NCBI GenBank assembly: GCA_030828505.1
Contig: JAURCJ010000009.1
Location: 40-64,039 of the forward strand
Length of the DNA stretch: 64,000 bases
Direction: 5' to 3'
DNA from: Alphaproteobacteria bacterium
GTDB lineage: Bacteria; Pseudomonadota; Alphaproteobacteria; TMED109
Shown here: piece by piece, positions 48,121 to 57,601 of the stretch
Layout of the letters: every line of letters begins with the position of its first letter
Numbering within the stretch: position 1 is the first letter of the stretch
Notes under the pieces: generated by a model
Told to the model about the DNA's origin: nothing
Databases searched by the model: none
Seen by the model: only the letters and a program-made list of their open reading frames with translations
Position numbers and translations under genes: made by a program

Positions 48121-49320
48121 ATGAAAAATAATGGGCCCTTATCAGGAATAACAGTAATAGATTTAACCGCTATGATTTCTGGGCCAGTATGTACAATGAT
48201 GTTAGGAGATCAAGGCGCTGATGTAATTAAGGTAGAGCCATTGACTGGTGAACTTACAAGAAAAGTAGGTAAGACAAAAAACGGCATGACTACATCTTTT
48301 TTATGTGCAAATAGAAGTAAAAGATCAATTACATTAAATTTAAAAGAAGAAAAAGGTATTAATATTCTAAAAAAACTAATTAGGAAAGCTGATGTTTTAG
48401 TACAAAATTTTAGACCAGGTACTATGAAAAGAATGGGTTTAAGTTATGAAGAAGTTCAAAAAATAAATAAAGAAATCATATATACTTCTATTAGTGGTTT
48501 TGGAGAAAAAGGGCCTTATGCAAATCACAGAGTTTATGATCCCGTTATACAAGCTTTATCAGGTTTAGCAGATATACAAAGAGATCAAAAAACTAATTTT
48601 CCTAAAATGGTTAGGACCATAATACCAGATAAAACTACTGGAATGGCAACAGCGCAAGCAATCAGTTCTGCTCTATTCTATAAAGAAAGATATGGTAAAG
48701 GCCAGCATATAAAAATCGCTATGCTTGATGTTATGATTGCATACTTGTGGCCAGAAGGAAGCGCCTCATTATCATTTGTAGGGGAAGAAGGGGATCCGTC
48801 TGATGGACAAATGGGATTAGACCTTGTTTTTGAAACTAAAGATAAAAAATATATAACTGCTGGAGCAGTCACTGATAAAGAATGGTTAGGTATGTGCGAA
48901 GCTTTAGGAAGAAAAGACTTACTTGATGATACAAGGTTTAATACTCCAAGAGCTAGATTTGAAAATAAAAATGAAAGACGGTTAATAATATCTCAAGAGA
49001 TTAAAAAACATAATTCTAAAGAAATTTTATTAAAATTACATACAAATGAAGTACCCAGTGCCCCTATTCTAAGTAGAACTGAACTATTAAATAATGAACA
49101 GATTATTGAAAATAAAATAATAGAATTCCATGAAAGTAAAATTTATGGAACAATAAGATCTCCTAGACCTGCACCAATTTACTCAGATAGTCCTATCAAT
49201 GGTGAGCAGTTAGCTCCACTAAAAGGAGAAAATAGTAGGGAAATATTGAAAGAAATTAATTATAACGACGAAGAAATTAATAGTTTAATTCAAAACAATA
49301 TAACTTCAAGCATTAACTAA
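48121..49320 (+). CDS. Family III CoA-transferase (CaiB/BaiF family), second copy
   Basis: GPLSGITVIDLTAMISGPVCTMMLGDQGADVIKVEP, QNFRPGTMKRMG, YDPVIQALSGL. Confidence 0.9.
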   Translation: MKNNGPLSGITVIDLTAMISGPVCTMMLGDQGADVIKVEPLTGELTRKVGKTKNGMTTSFLCANRSKRSITLNLKEEKGINILKKLIRKADVLVQNFRPGTMKRMGLSYEEVQKINKEIIYTSISGFGEKGPYANHRVYDPVIQALSGLADIQRDQKTNFPKMVRTIIPDKTTGMATAQAISSALFYKERYGKGQHIKIAMLDVMIAYLWPEGSASLSFVGEEGDPSDGQMGLDLVFETKDKKYITAGAVTDKEWLGMCEALGRKDLLDDTRFNTPRARFENKNERRLIISQEIKKHNSKEILLKLHTNEVPSAPILSRTELLNNEQIIENKIIEFHESKIYGTIRSPRPAPIYSDSPINGEQLAPLKGENSREILKEINYNDEEINSLIQNNITSSIN

Positions 49321-50135
49321 TTTCTACAATCTCTGTTTATAATTACATCTTTCATTAAGGTTTTACACAAAATTGACTTCTTAAAGTGTACATTATCAGA
49401 CATAATAGAACTTAAATTAGCATTAGTAAAAACAGATTTATAAAAATTAGATGCTTTATATTTAATATTTTTCATATTACTTTTTAAAAAAACAGACCTC
49501 CTGAATGATGAATATGATAAATCTGCAAATTCCATATTAGCATTAGAAAAATTTACACCTCTAGCTTTTACTTCAGATAAATTAGCATATGATAAATTAG
49601 TGGAATCCATTAAAGATAAAGATAATAGAGATTTTTTAAAATTTGCTTTTATAAAAGATGAAGTTGATAAAGTTGATTTTTGAATATTAACATTAGTTAT
49701 CTGGGCTTGATCTAAAATGGAATTTATAATAATAACACTATACATTTTACCTAGATTAAAATTTGCACCATTAAAATCTGAATTATCTATTGTAGATGAA
49801 GTCATGTTAACTTTTTCAAAATTTACATTAGAAAAATTACTATTTTTTATGATAGTAGTTGGCATGTCTACATTAATAAATGAAGAATTTGAAAAATCAG
49901 AATTCATAATATTAGAATTAGCCATTTTAGAATTATTAAAGTTTGTATTCGTTAAATTTGAATTAGTTATTATAGATTGATCTAAATAGCTATTTTCAAA
50001 ATTATAATTACTCAAATCACATTCATTACATTTACTATTTTCTATAAAAAACTCTACATCATTTTCGTCATATGAGAACACAATACGACTATTTAGCATT
50101 ATCAAAAGAATGTATATATATAAAAATACTCGCAT
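49317..50135 (-). CDS. Secreted pentapeptide-repeat protein
   Basis: Signal peptide MRVFLYIYILLIMLNSRIVFS, then about 40 consecutive A(D/N)LxX-type pentapeptides (NSNFSNVNFEKVNMTSSTIDNSDFNGANF...). Confidence 0.8.
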   Translation of the reverse strand: MRVFLYIYILLIMLNSRIVFSYDENDVEFFIENSKCNECDLSNYNFENSYLDQSIITNSNLTNTNFNNSKMANSNIMNSDFSNSSFINVDMPTTIIKNSNFSNVNFEKVNMTSSTIDNSDFNGANFNLGKMYSVIIINSILDQAQITNVNIQKSTLSTSSFIKANFKKSLLSLSLMDSTNLSYANLSEVKARGVNFSNANMEFADLSYSSFRRSVFLKSNMKNIKYKASNFYKSVFTNANLSSIMSDNVHFKKSILCKTLMKDVIINRDCRN

Positions 50136-50151
50136 TTATACCTCTAATAAG

Positions 50152-50226
50152 TGGTGGGCGATATTGGATTTGAACCAATGACTTCCTCGATGTCACCGAG
50201 ACACTCTACCCCTGAGTTAATCGCCC
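50152..50226 (-). tRNA. tRNA-Val (GAC)
   Basis: The reverse complement folds as GGGCGAT-TA-ACTC/AGGGGTA/GAGT-G-TCTCG/GTGACAT/CGAGG-AAGTC-ATTGG/TTCAAAT/CCAAT-ATCGCCC-A-CCA. 75 nt, with an encoded CCA. Confidence 0.9.
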
Positions 50227-50254
50227 TAATATGATTATATATAAATTAATAATT

Positions 50255-51106
50255 TTAATTTATAAAGATATAAAAAATAATTAAACTCCAAATAAAAGCT
50301 AAAAATTGTAATAACCTATCTTTTAATATTGAATCCGTAGGATCACCTAGATATAATCCTTTCCATGCTATAGATAGATATCTCAAAAAAATTGCTATCA
50401 CAATAGGAAATGAAAGCCAAATAATATCACTTCCATGTCTTTTTGCCACATCACTATCTATTGAAAAAAGTCCATAAAATACTATAGTAAAAAAAACAGA
50501 TGTTAATACAATTACTCTCAATAAGTTTATATTCCATTTAGCAGATAAATAGTTATTATTGATAACTAACTGACCTAATCTTTTTCCAGAAGCTAAACTT
50601 AATGATGCAAAACTTACTATTAATAATGTCCATAAAGATTGTTCTATGTTTGCAGCTACCCCACCTATAATTATTCTAATAATAAACCCAGAACTTACAG
50701 ATATAATATCCAGAATAATTACATACTTTAATAATAATGAATATAAAATATTTATGATTAAATATAATAATAAGTAATTTAGACATATAGGAACTAATAC
50801 CTGAAGTAAAACCAATGATATGACTATCAATATTATAGATAAGGTATAACCAATATTCATAGATATTAAACCATTTGCAATAGGTCTATTTTTAGTTCTG
50901 CTATTTTTCTTATCTAAATTTATGTCTTGGATATCATTAAAAATATAAATACCACTAGCCATTAAACTAAATGAAATGAATACATAAATAGAATTAATAA
51001 TACTATCATCTGAATATTCATTAAAACTAAATAGCAAGGGAAAGAAAATTAATAAATTTTTAACCCAATGATGTACTCTAATTAATGATAAATATTGTTT
51101 AAACAT
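50255..51106 (-). CDS. UbiA-family prenyltransferase (decaprenyl-phosphate phosphoribosyltransferase-like)
   Basis: Polytopic membrane protein with NDIQDINLDKKNSRTKNRPIA (the Asp-rich NDxxDxxxD motif). Confidence 0.8.
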   Translation of the reverse strand: MFKQYLSLIRVHHWVKNLLIFFPLLFSFNEYSDDSIINSIYVFISFSLMASGIYIFNDIQDINLDKKNSRTKNRPIANGLISMNIGYTLSIILIVISLVLLQVLVPICLNYLLLYLIINILYSLLLKYVIILDIISVSSGFIIRIIIGGVAANIEQSLWTLLIVSFASLSLASGKRLGQLVINNNYLSAKWNINLLRVIVLTSVFFTIVFYGLFSIDSDVAKRHGSDIIWLSFPIVIAIFLRYLSIAWKGLYLGDPTDSILKDRLLQFLAFIWSLIIFYIFIN

Positions 51107-51194
51107 AAAAATAAATATTCCGTTTAGTTTTTATTCATGGTAATCAATAATAGAGTTAAAACAATAATATAATAAAGATAAGTATACTATAAAT

Positions 51195-51845
51195 ATGAAA
51201 ATTATAATATATACATTATTTACTTTTATACTAAGTTATAAAGCATACAGTTTTAATGATGACTGCATTAAATCTAATGATTTCCCTTTTTGTCTCTATG
51301 ATAAAGCAAAACAAGAATTTATAATAATTAGAAATGGAAAAGAAGTAGGTTGGCATAAAGTTGAATTTAATAAAACTGATAATGGATATGAAGTAAAATC
51401 AAGTGCTTATATTAAAGCTAGGTATCTTTTATTTTTAGATTATATATTTGAGTATGCCTCAACTTCATATTGGAGAGGTTCACAACTACAAGAAAATATA
51501 ATCAATATTGATGATGATGGAAATGATTATTCTATTCAGATTAAAAGAATTAATGATAATAATCTTGAAATTGTAAATGAAGATGAAGAAATAACAATAC
51601 ACGAGGGAAATAATATTTTTCCTTCTGATCATTGGCACCCATATGAAATAAATAGTAAATATCTTCTAAATACTTTAAATGGTGAGGTTTTAGAAATAGA
51701 GGTCAAGCAAATTGATGAAACAACTTGGTATGTTGACGGAAAAGTAAAATATTTTATAAATTATGACAAAGCAGGAAGATGGACAGGACTTAAATTTGAT
51801 GCTGATGAAGATGATATAATAGAATATATATGTACTACTTGTTAA
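51195..51845 (+). CDS. Hypothetical secreted protein
   Basis: Signal peptide MKIIIYTLFTFILSYKAYS and a beta-rich sequence. The family is not securely recognised. Confidence 0.55.
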   Translation: MKIIIYTLFTFILSYKAYSFNDDCIKSNDFPFCLYDKAKQEFIIIRNGKEVGWHKVEFNKTDNGYEVKSSAYIKARYLLFLDYIFEYASTSYWRGSQLQENIINIDDDGNDYSIQIKRINDNNLEIVNEDEEITIHEGNNIFPSDHWHPYEINSKYLLNTLNGEVLEIEVKQIDETTWYVDGKVKYFINYDKAGRWTGLKFDADEDDIIEYICTTC

Positions 51846-52614
51846 TAAGTGCTATTTCTTTTTTAATTAGATTAAAATAGTTTCTTATTCTTTGACTATT
51901 TTTTCCAAAATCACTTTTTCCAGTTCTAGAAGCAGACCTAACATTAATCATAATTTTTCCTGATATTAATTCTTCTATCTGAATAATCAGATCATCTTTA
52001 AATCTATACCAAAAACTCTTATCTAAGGCTTCAATTTTTCCTTCCTCTAAGCTTTGATATATAACTTCTAATCCCATCTTTTCAATTACTACAAGAGAAT
52101 TATTAAAAACTTCCTCTCTTGATACATCACCTAACAATAAAGGTTTCAAATCATAATTAGGTAATTTAAAACCTCCATATTTCTGAATAAGATGATGGTC
52201 GTTTTCAGGCAAAATATGACTGGAAGATACCTTAAATTCTAACAAGTCTGAATAATCGGTACTAATGTCATTAATTAATGGATTACTCCTTAAATCTAAT
52301 ACTTGAAAATAAAAAAAAGATATAAGCGTTAAATTAAAAGAGAGTACAAAGGCACCTGTTAAAAAATTAAAAATTTTTTTATTTAATTTGAGACTATAAC
52401 CTATAGAAATTAATGTGAGGGAAAAAGCTATAATAGAGAGATAAATAGCGTATTTAGTTAAAAATAATAAAGAATAGCCTGCACTAAATATATTAAATCT
52501 ATACCCATATACACCTAGCAATAATAAAAATATAACTATAAATGTTATACTGATAGCACTAATCAGTATATAGTTTTTAGAATTATCCTTCCTGCTTAAT
52601 TTTAAAATACTCAT
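51835..52614 (-). CDS. Membrane protein with a C-terminal DUF1499-like domain
   Basis: Four N-terminal TM segments. The C-terminal VRSASRTGKSDFGKNSQRIRNYF resembles the DUF1499 signature. Confidence 0.55.
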   Translation of the reverse strand: MSILKLSRKDNSKNYILISAISITFIVIFLLLLGVYGYRFNIFSAGYSLLFLTKYAIYLSIIAFSLTLISIGYSLKLNKKIFNFLTGAFVLSFNLTLISFFYFQVLDLRSNPLINDISTDYSDLLEFKVSSSHILPENDHHLIQKYGGFKLPNYDLKPLLLGDVSREEVFNNSLVVIEKMGLEVIYQSLEEGKIEALDKSFWYRFKDDLIIQIEELISGKIMINVRSASRTGKSDFGKNSQRIRNYFNLIKKEIALINK

Positions 52615-52709
52615 TGCTTTATCTCCATTTAACTATAAGACTAATATTATTTAAAAAAATAACAATGAAAATAATTTAAGATTGATAATTATAAAGATAT
52701 AAGACTTTT

Positions 52710-53582
52710 ATGCATAGTAAAAAGATAAACAAAAATTTTATAAGTATATTGTGGATGTTTGGTTTTATATTAAACATTACTATTATGGCGTTATGTATAA
52801 GAGAATTAAGTCATAAGTATAGCTCATTTGAAATTCAAAATTTTAGAAATATTTTTAGTATATTAATTTTAGTATTTATTTTTCTTGTAAAAAAAAACAC
52901 TAAACTTAAAAGTTATCAATTAAAAAATAATTTTATTAGAAATATATTTCACTTTATAGGTCAATCTTGCTGGACTTGGGGATTAACAGTACTTCCATTA
53001 GCATTAGTATTTTCTTTAGAATTTACCATGCCAATATGGGCATCTATAATTGCTCTATTGTTCTTAAAAGAAAAAATAAATCTTAATAAAATATTATTTT
53101 TAGTACTTGGATTAATAGGAACATTTACAATACTATTACCTGATACGAATAATATAAATTTTTATAATATTATAGTTCTAATATCTGCCATATCATATGC
53201 ATTCGCTCATAATTTTACTAAAAAACTTACTGAAACAGATAGCATTTTATCTATTCTATTTTTTATGTCCGTAATTCAATTGCCTTTATCGTTTATAGGA
53301 TCATTAACAATAGGTAAACTTAATTTTTTAATATTAGAGGATCTACCATTAATTATTGTTCTTACAGCTACATCTCTACTCGCACACTTGTCTCTATCTA
53401 GTGCATTAAAAAAATCAGATGCATCAATTATACTACCTATTGATTACATAAGACTACCTTTAATAGCATTAGTTGGCTGGTATTACTATGATGAAGTAAT
53501 GACTTATAATATTATTGTAGGAAGTAGTTTAATTATTATAGGAACAATATTTTTTTTAAGAAAAGATTTTAAAGAAAAATAA
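52710..53582 (+). CDS. EamA/DMT-family transporter
   Basis: About 10 TM segments in two EamA-like halves. Confidence 0.8.
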   Translation: MHSKKINKNFISILWMFGFILNITIMALCIRELSHKYSSFEIQNFRNIFSILILVFIFLVKKNTKLKSYQLKNNFIRNIFHFIGQSCWTWGLTVLPLALVFSLEFTMPIWASIIALLFLKEKINLNKILFLVLGLIGTFTILLPDTNNINFYNIIVLISAISYAFAHNFTKKLTETDSILSILFFMSVIQLPLSFIGSLTIGKLNFLILEDLPLIIVLTATSLLAHLSLSSALKKSDASIILPIDYIRLPLIALVGWYYYDEVMTYNIIVGSSLIIIGTIFFLRKDFKEK

Positions 53583-53611
53583 TTCAGGGCTATGAAAAGT
53601 ATAACCCTGAA
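53583..53611. terminator. Hairpin between the convergent eamA-like and csp genes
   Basis: TTCAGGG (53583-53589) pairs with CCCTGAA (53605-53611), plus partial extension. Confidence 0.45.
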
Positions 53612-53633
53612 TAATAATAGAATAAATTATTTA

Positions 53634-53843
53634 TTATGAAACAATTTTTAAATTATCTGCAGAAGCTTTACCGTTTTGACCTTCTACTAATTCGTATTCT
53701 AATTTGTCTCCCTCATTAAGAGTATCAAGTCCTGCGCCTTGAACAGCTGTTATATGCACAAATGCATCTTTATCGCCATCTTCAGGACTAATGAAACCAT
53801 AACCTTTTTTAGGGTTAAACCACTTAACAATACCTACAGGCAT
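53634..53843 (-). CDS. Cold-shock protein (CspA family)
   Basis: GIVKWFNPKKGYGFI (RNP1) and DAFVHITAV (RNP2). 69 aa. Confidence 0.95.
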   Translation of the reverse strand: MPVGIVKWFNPKKGYGFISPEDGDKDAFVHITAVQGAGLDTLNEGDKLEYELVEGQNGKASADNLKIVS

Positions 53844-54009
53844 ATCTTTTTCCTTATCTTAATAATTTAGGAGATCAAAATTGTAAATTCATACATTCGA
53901 CTGGTGCTAAACTCCATAAATAACTACAATTGGTAGTTTTCTTCATAAAAAACTGTAATAATACAGCGCGGCTTGGCCTCCAGTTGACCCACTAAAAATC
54001 CGCTAAAAG

Positions 54010-54038
54010 AACATACATTAATATTACTCTGCTGGCAA
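54010..54038 (-). promoter_or_regulatory. Candidate sigma-70 promoter of csp (TTGCCA-17-TATGTT), implying a ~160-nt leader
   Basis: Read on the minus strand: TTGCCA (54038-54033), a 17-nt spacer, then TATGTT (54015-54010). Confidence 0.35.
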
Positions 54039-54057
54039 ATTAATACTAAAAAATAAA

Positions 54058-54783
54058 TTACTGATTAAACTTACGAGTTAGTAAAACCTGGTCTTGCTCT
54101 AATATAGATATTTGGTTAAAATTAGTTTGTCTATTAATAGATTCCTTAACCATTTGTTGAGCCACTATAGGTTTTAAAATAATTTTTTTTAAAAATTCTC
54201 TGGAATAATTAAGAGGATTCTGTATTACTTCTTCACATAATCCCCACTCTATCAAAGAATTTGAATAAAGTTTTTCACCTGTAATAGTTAGTAATTTAGT
54301 TTTTACAGGACCTAGAATAGATACAAGTTTAGGTATTGTTCCCCATGCATAAGTAAAGCCAAGTTCTACTTCTGGAACATAAAAGTAAGATTTAGCATCA
54401 CAAAATCTAAAATCACAAGATAAGGCAAGTGATACTCCTCCTCCAATACATGCCCCTTCTATAGAAGCAACCGTAATTTGAGGTATATTCGTCCATGCAT
54501 CGCACATGCGTAATCCGAGTCTATTTTTCTGTCTGGCTTCTTCTAAATTTAATCCATCCCCAAAAGCATGATCTTCTTTAATATCATTACCTGAAGAAAA
54601 ATTACCTTTCTCTCCTGATAAAATTACAGCTTTCACCTCTGTCCTAGTTCTTAATTCTAATGCTATCTTTTCTAATTCTAATTTAATGTTATCGGATAAC
54701 GCATTTCGTTTATTATGATTTTTAATAATAACAGATAAAATTCCTGGCTCTAAAATTTCTTGAGAAACAGAAATATCAGCCAT
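54058..54783 (-). CDS. Enoyl-CoA hydratase/isomerase family protein
   Basis: FSSGNDIKE and EGACIGGGVSLALSCDFR crotonase motifs. Confidence 0.85.
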   Translation of the reverse strand: MADISVSQEILEPGILSVIIKNHNKRNALSDNIKLELEKIALELRTRTEVKAVILSGEKGNFSSGNDIKEDHAFGDGLNLEEARQKNRLGLRMCDAWTNIPQITVASIEGACIGGGVSLALSCDFRFCDAKSYFYVPEVELGFTYAWGTIPKLVSILGPVKTKLLTITGEKLYSNSLIEWGLCEEVIQNPLNYSREFLKKIILKPIVAQQMVKESINRQTNFNQISILEQDQVLLTRKFNQ

Positions 54784-55030
54784 TTTTTACATCCTTAATA
54801 GATATTTTACCCTTGGCCTCAGGAAATACCCATAAACCTATTATCATCAGTAATTGTATGATAAGTATCACTAAGACATTACCATACTTTTTTAACAATA
54901 AAGAAGTCTGTAATAAATAGTAATCGTATAAAAAAGCGACCCTAGATAAATCAGGGTTTTGAATAATTATAGTTACAAAACCTACAAAGATGACCAAAGC
55001 AGTTAAAATAATTTTATATTTAGTTGGCAT
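54776..55030 (-). CDS. Small membrane protein (2 TM), hypothetical
   Basis: 84 aa with two hydrophobic helices. Overlaps the downstream gene by 8 nt and lies 6 nt after the upstream gene, which suggests operon membership. Confidence 0.5.
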   Translation of the reverse strand: MPTKYKIILTALVIFVGFVTIIIQNPDLSRVAFLYDYYLLQTSLLLKKYGNVLVILIIQLLMIIGLWVFPEAKGKISIKDVKNG

Positions 55031-55036
55031 TTTTTT

Positions 55037-55774
55037 TTACCTTTTATGTTTTTCACTATAGCCATTAAATAGGTGCCCTAATAAACCTCTATTCAAATCA
55101 GAGGTATTAAAAATCCAATCAGCTATAGGAAAAGTTAAATTCATATTAATTTTTGTCATTACCCCTTGATCATGGTGTGCTGCATGATGACGTCTTAAAG
55201 TATTTACAAAAGGCATATTCCTAACAAAAAAATTATCTCCTATATGGCAACAAAAATGCATTGTCTCATAAATAAGATACATGGATGTTGTAGTTATAAT
55301 AAAAAGAAAGCCAATATTTGGAGTAAAAAGCCAAGCTAAAATTAATAGACCAAGTATAGACATTAAAGTAAAAACTATCAACGCATAAGGAGGAAAAAAG
55401 GTAACTCTCCAATCATGTGCCCCCGCAAAACGCATTTCATCTTTACTAAAAAATTGATGATGTTGTTGAGTATGCCTAGAATAAATTGCCCTGGCTCCTG
55501 GAAAATTTTGAGGTTTATGCATTACATATTTATGTAACGCCCACTCAAAAATATTACATATAAAAAAAGTAATGGGCACAATAATAAATTCCCAGCCAAT
55601 TACATTACTTAAATTACTTATATAAAAATATAATAATAAAGCACCTATCGAATAAATAATTCCTACATGTAAAGAACCATTATACCAACCATCAATCTGG
55701 TCTCTATAAGACTTTCTAAATTTAATTAATTTTTCATCTGGTTTAATATCATCTAATTCCATTAATACCTCCAA
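55037..55774 (-). CDS. Fatty acid hydroxylase / sterol desaturase superfamily membrane di-iron enzyme
   Basis: Three His boxes: HKYVMH, HTQQHH, HHAAHH. Four hydrophobic segments. Confidence 0.8.
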   Translation of the reverse strand: MEVLMELDDIKPDEKLIKFRKSYRDQIDGWYNGSLHVGIIYSIGALLLYFYISNLSNVIGWEFIIVPITFFICNIFEWALHKYVMHKPQNFPGARAIYSRHTQQHHQFFSKDEMRFAGAHDWRVTFFPPYALIVFTLMSILGLLILAWLFTPNIGFLFIITTTSMYLIYETMHFCCHIGDNFFVRNMPFVNTLRRHHAAHHDQGVMTKINMNLTFPIADWIFNTSDLNRGLLGHLFNGYSEKHKR

Positions 55775-55837
55775 ATAATATATATAATAAATGAAATTAT
55801 TTAAGAATTATACATACTTTAATTAATATTATAATAT

Positions 55838-56812
55838 ATGATTTATAATATACAATTAAAGTCTTTAAAGAAAAAGATAATGTTACAAAGAAAAAATATA
55901 TTAATTATTGGAGGCTATGGTTTTCTGGGACAAGAAATACTATCAGGTTTAAATAAGAATAATCATTATATATCTGTTATTGACCCTAATATTAAAACTA
56001 AAGCTCTAAAAGATATTAAAATAAAAAATAATTTTAACTTTAGCATTCTGGATAAAAAAGAAACAAATAATGCTTTAAATTCTGAAAAATGGGATTATCT
56101 AATTCATTTAGCTGCCTTTGGAGGGAAAGGTAATGGTCTATTAAAAGCTGCTGATGAAGATTTCGATAAAGCATTAGATATAAATGTCGGTGGCTTTACA
56201 AATTTACTTAATAATTTAAAAAATACAAAAACCAAAATAATATGGGCAAGTTCAACTGTAGTTTTTGGTGAAGAAAGAAATTACTTTAAAAAGTCTATAA
56301 AAGAAGACGAAATTCTAAATCCATCTACTAAATATGGGCTAACCAAATTAATGGCAGAGCAAGTAGCGAATTATTATATAAATAATTATAAAATGAAAAT
56401 AACTGGTATTCGATTTCCTATTATCATAGGACCAGGCTTAAATTATAGAGGTGTAGCTGCAGGAATATCAGATATGGCCCTAGCTGTTATGAACGAAAAA
56501 TTAAAATATGAAATTACAATGCCCTCTAGCCCACTCGATTTAATATACATTAAGGATGCAGCAGCCATAGTTATTAATATGGTTAATAAAAATTATAACT
56601 TAAAAAATATTTATAATAGCCCTTCTATAAGAACTAATTCTAAAACCTTAGTAAATGAATTTAGTAAGTATTATAAAAATAAAAATTTAAAAATTAATGA
56701 TATTGGTAAAGGATCTATATATCCAATAATGAATTGGGATAGTTTAAAAAATGATACTAATTTTAAAATAAATTATACTATTAAAAAGATAGTAAAAGAT
56801 TGGGTATTATAG
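55838..56812 (+). CDS. NAD-dependent epimerase/dehydratase family protein
   Basis: ILIIGGYGFLG Rossmann motif and a YGLTK catalytic YxxxK. An alternative start is at 55880 (MLQRKN...). Confidence 0.8.
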   Translation: MIYNIQLKSLKKKIMLQRKNILIIGGYGFLGQEILSGLNKNNHYISVIDPNIKTKALKDIKIKNNFNFSILDKKETNNALNSEKWDYLIHLAAFGGKGNGLLKAADEDFDKALDINVGGFTNLLNNLKNTKTKIIWASSTVVFGEERNYFKKSIKEDEILNPSTKYGLTKLMAEQVANYYINNYKMKITGIRFPIIIGPGLNYRGVAAGISDMALAVMNEKLKYEITMPSSPLDLIYIKDAAAIVINMVNKNYNLKNIYNSPSIRTNSKTLVNEFSKYYKNKNLKINDIGKGSIYPIMNWDSLKNDTNFKINYTIKKIVKDWVL

Positions 56813-56813
56813 T

Positions 56814-57587
56814 TTAAATAAAATTACAATCTACTTTACCCAATTCAAAAAAATCCATAACTATATGATCACCTACTTTAACTTTTAATGGTTTAATGCA
56901 AGTACCGGTCATAATAATTTGTGCTTTTTTACAGGTTATTTGTAGATGACTTAGTTCATTTATAATCCAAGTAAGAGCTATAAGAGGGTCTCCTAAAACA
57001 TTACTACCTATCCCCTTCTCAGCTATATCATTGTTTTTATAACAATCAACTTCAAAATTCTTAAAATTTATTGCTTTAAAATCAGTAAAGACATTGTTAC
57101 TAAGAACAAAATCTCCAGCACAAGCATTATCAGCAATTAATAAATTAGCGCCAGTTTTTTTAAAGTCTGTGAATCTCGAGTCTGGAATTTCAATTGCAGG
57201 TATTACGCAATCAATATTTTTAATTATTTCATCTAGCGTATAATCGTTATCTCTAGGATTAATATCATTTAACAATTTAAAAGCAAACTCTGCTTCAACA
57301 GTTTGCATTGTATTTTTTTTTAATGAAAAAGTAGTACCCGGCTTATTATACCTCTCTTTCAATAATCTTCCAGCAATTGGCCCATCTACTCCAATATCTT
57401 TCTGACCTTCTATGCTAGAAGCAGCAATTTTCCAACCAAAAAGATCAGAATTACTTAGTTTTTCATAATCCGCTTGAATTTTATATGCTTCCAACTTGTT
57501 TTGAGGAATTTGTAATAATTCAATATTTTCATGCATTAATCTATTATTCCATACTTTAAGATAGTTATCTGAATTTATCTTTAACAA
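56814..57587 (-). CDS. 2-keto-4-pentenoate hydratase family (MhpD/HpcG-like, FAH fold)
   Basis: AYKIQ...GWKIAASS, VEAEFAF, PAIEIPDSRF. Confidence 0.75.
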   Translation of the reverse strand: MLKINSDNYLKVWNNRLMHENIELLQIPQNKLEAYKIQADYEKLSNSDLFGWKIAASSIEGQKDIGVDGPIAGRLLKERYNKPGTTFSLKKNTMQTVEAEFAFKLLNDINPRDNDYTLDEIIKNIDCVIPAIEIPDSRFTDFKKTGANLLIADNACAGDFVLSNNVFTDFKAINFKNFEVDCYKNNDIAEKGIGSNVLGDPLIALTWIINELSHLQITCKKAQIIMTGTCIKPLKVKVGDHIVMDFFELGKVDCNFI

Positions 57588-57601
57588 TTTAACCTCCGTA
57601 A

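Noticed and set aside
49317-50135. Nucleotide-level periodicity that looks like a repeat array
   Set aside because: The periodicity is the 15-nt coding repeat of a pentapeptide-repeat protein in one long intact ORF. It is not a non-coding repeat.
50100-50260. tRNA-Val as the boundary of an integrated element
   Set aside because: I noticed no direct repeat of the tRNA 3' end, no integrase and no mobility gene anywhere in the window. The flanking genes are ordinary membrane and metabolic genes.
53930-54000. GC-rich patch as a possible SRP (4.5S), 6S or other housekeeping RNA
   Set aside because: There is no GGAA-tetraloop or AGCAGCC-type SRP domain-IV motif on either strand. The location inside the predicted csp 5' leader is a simpler explanation.
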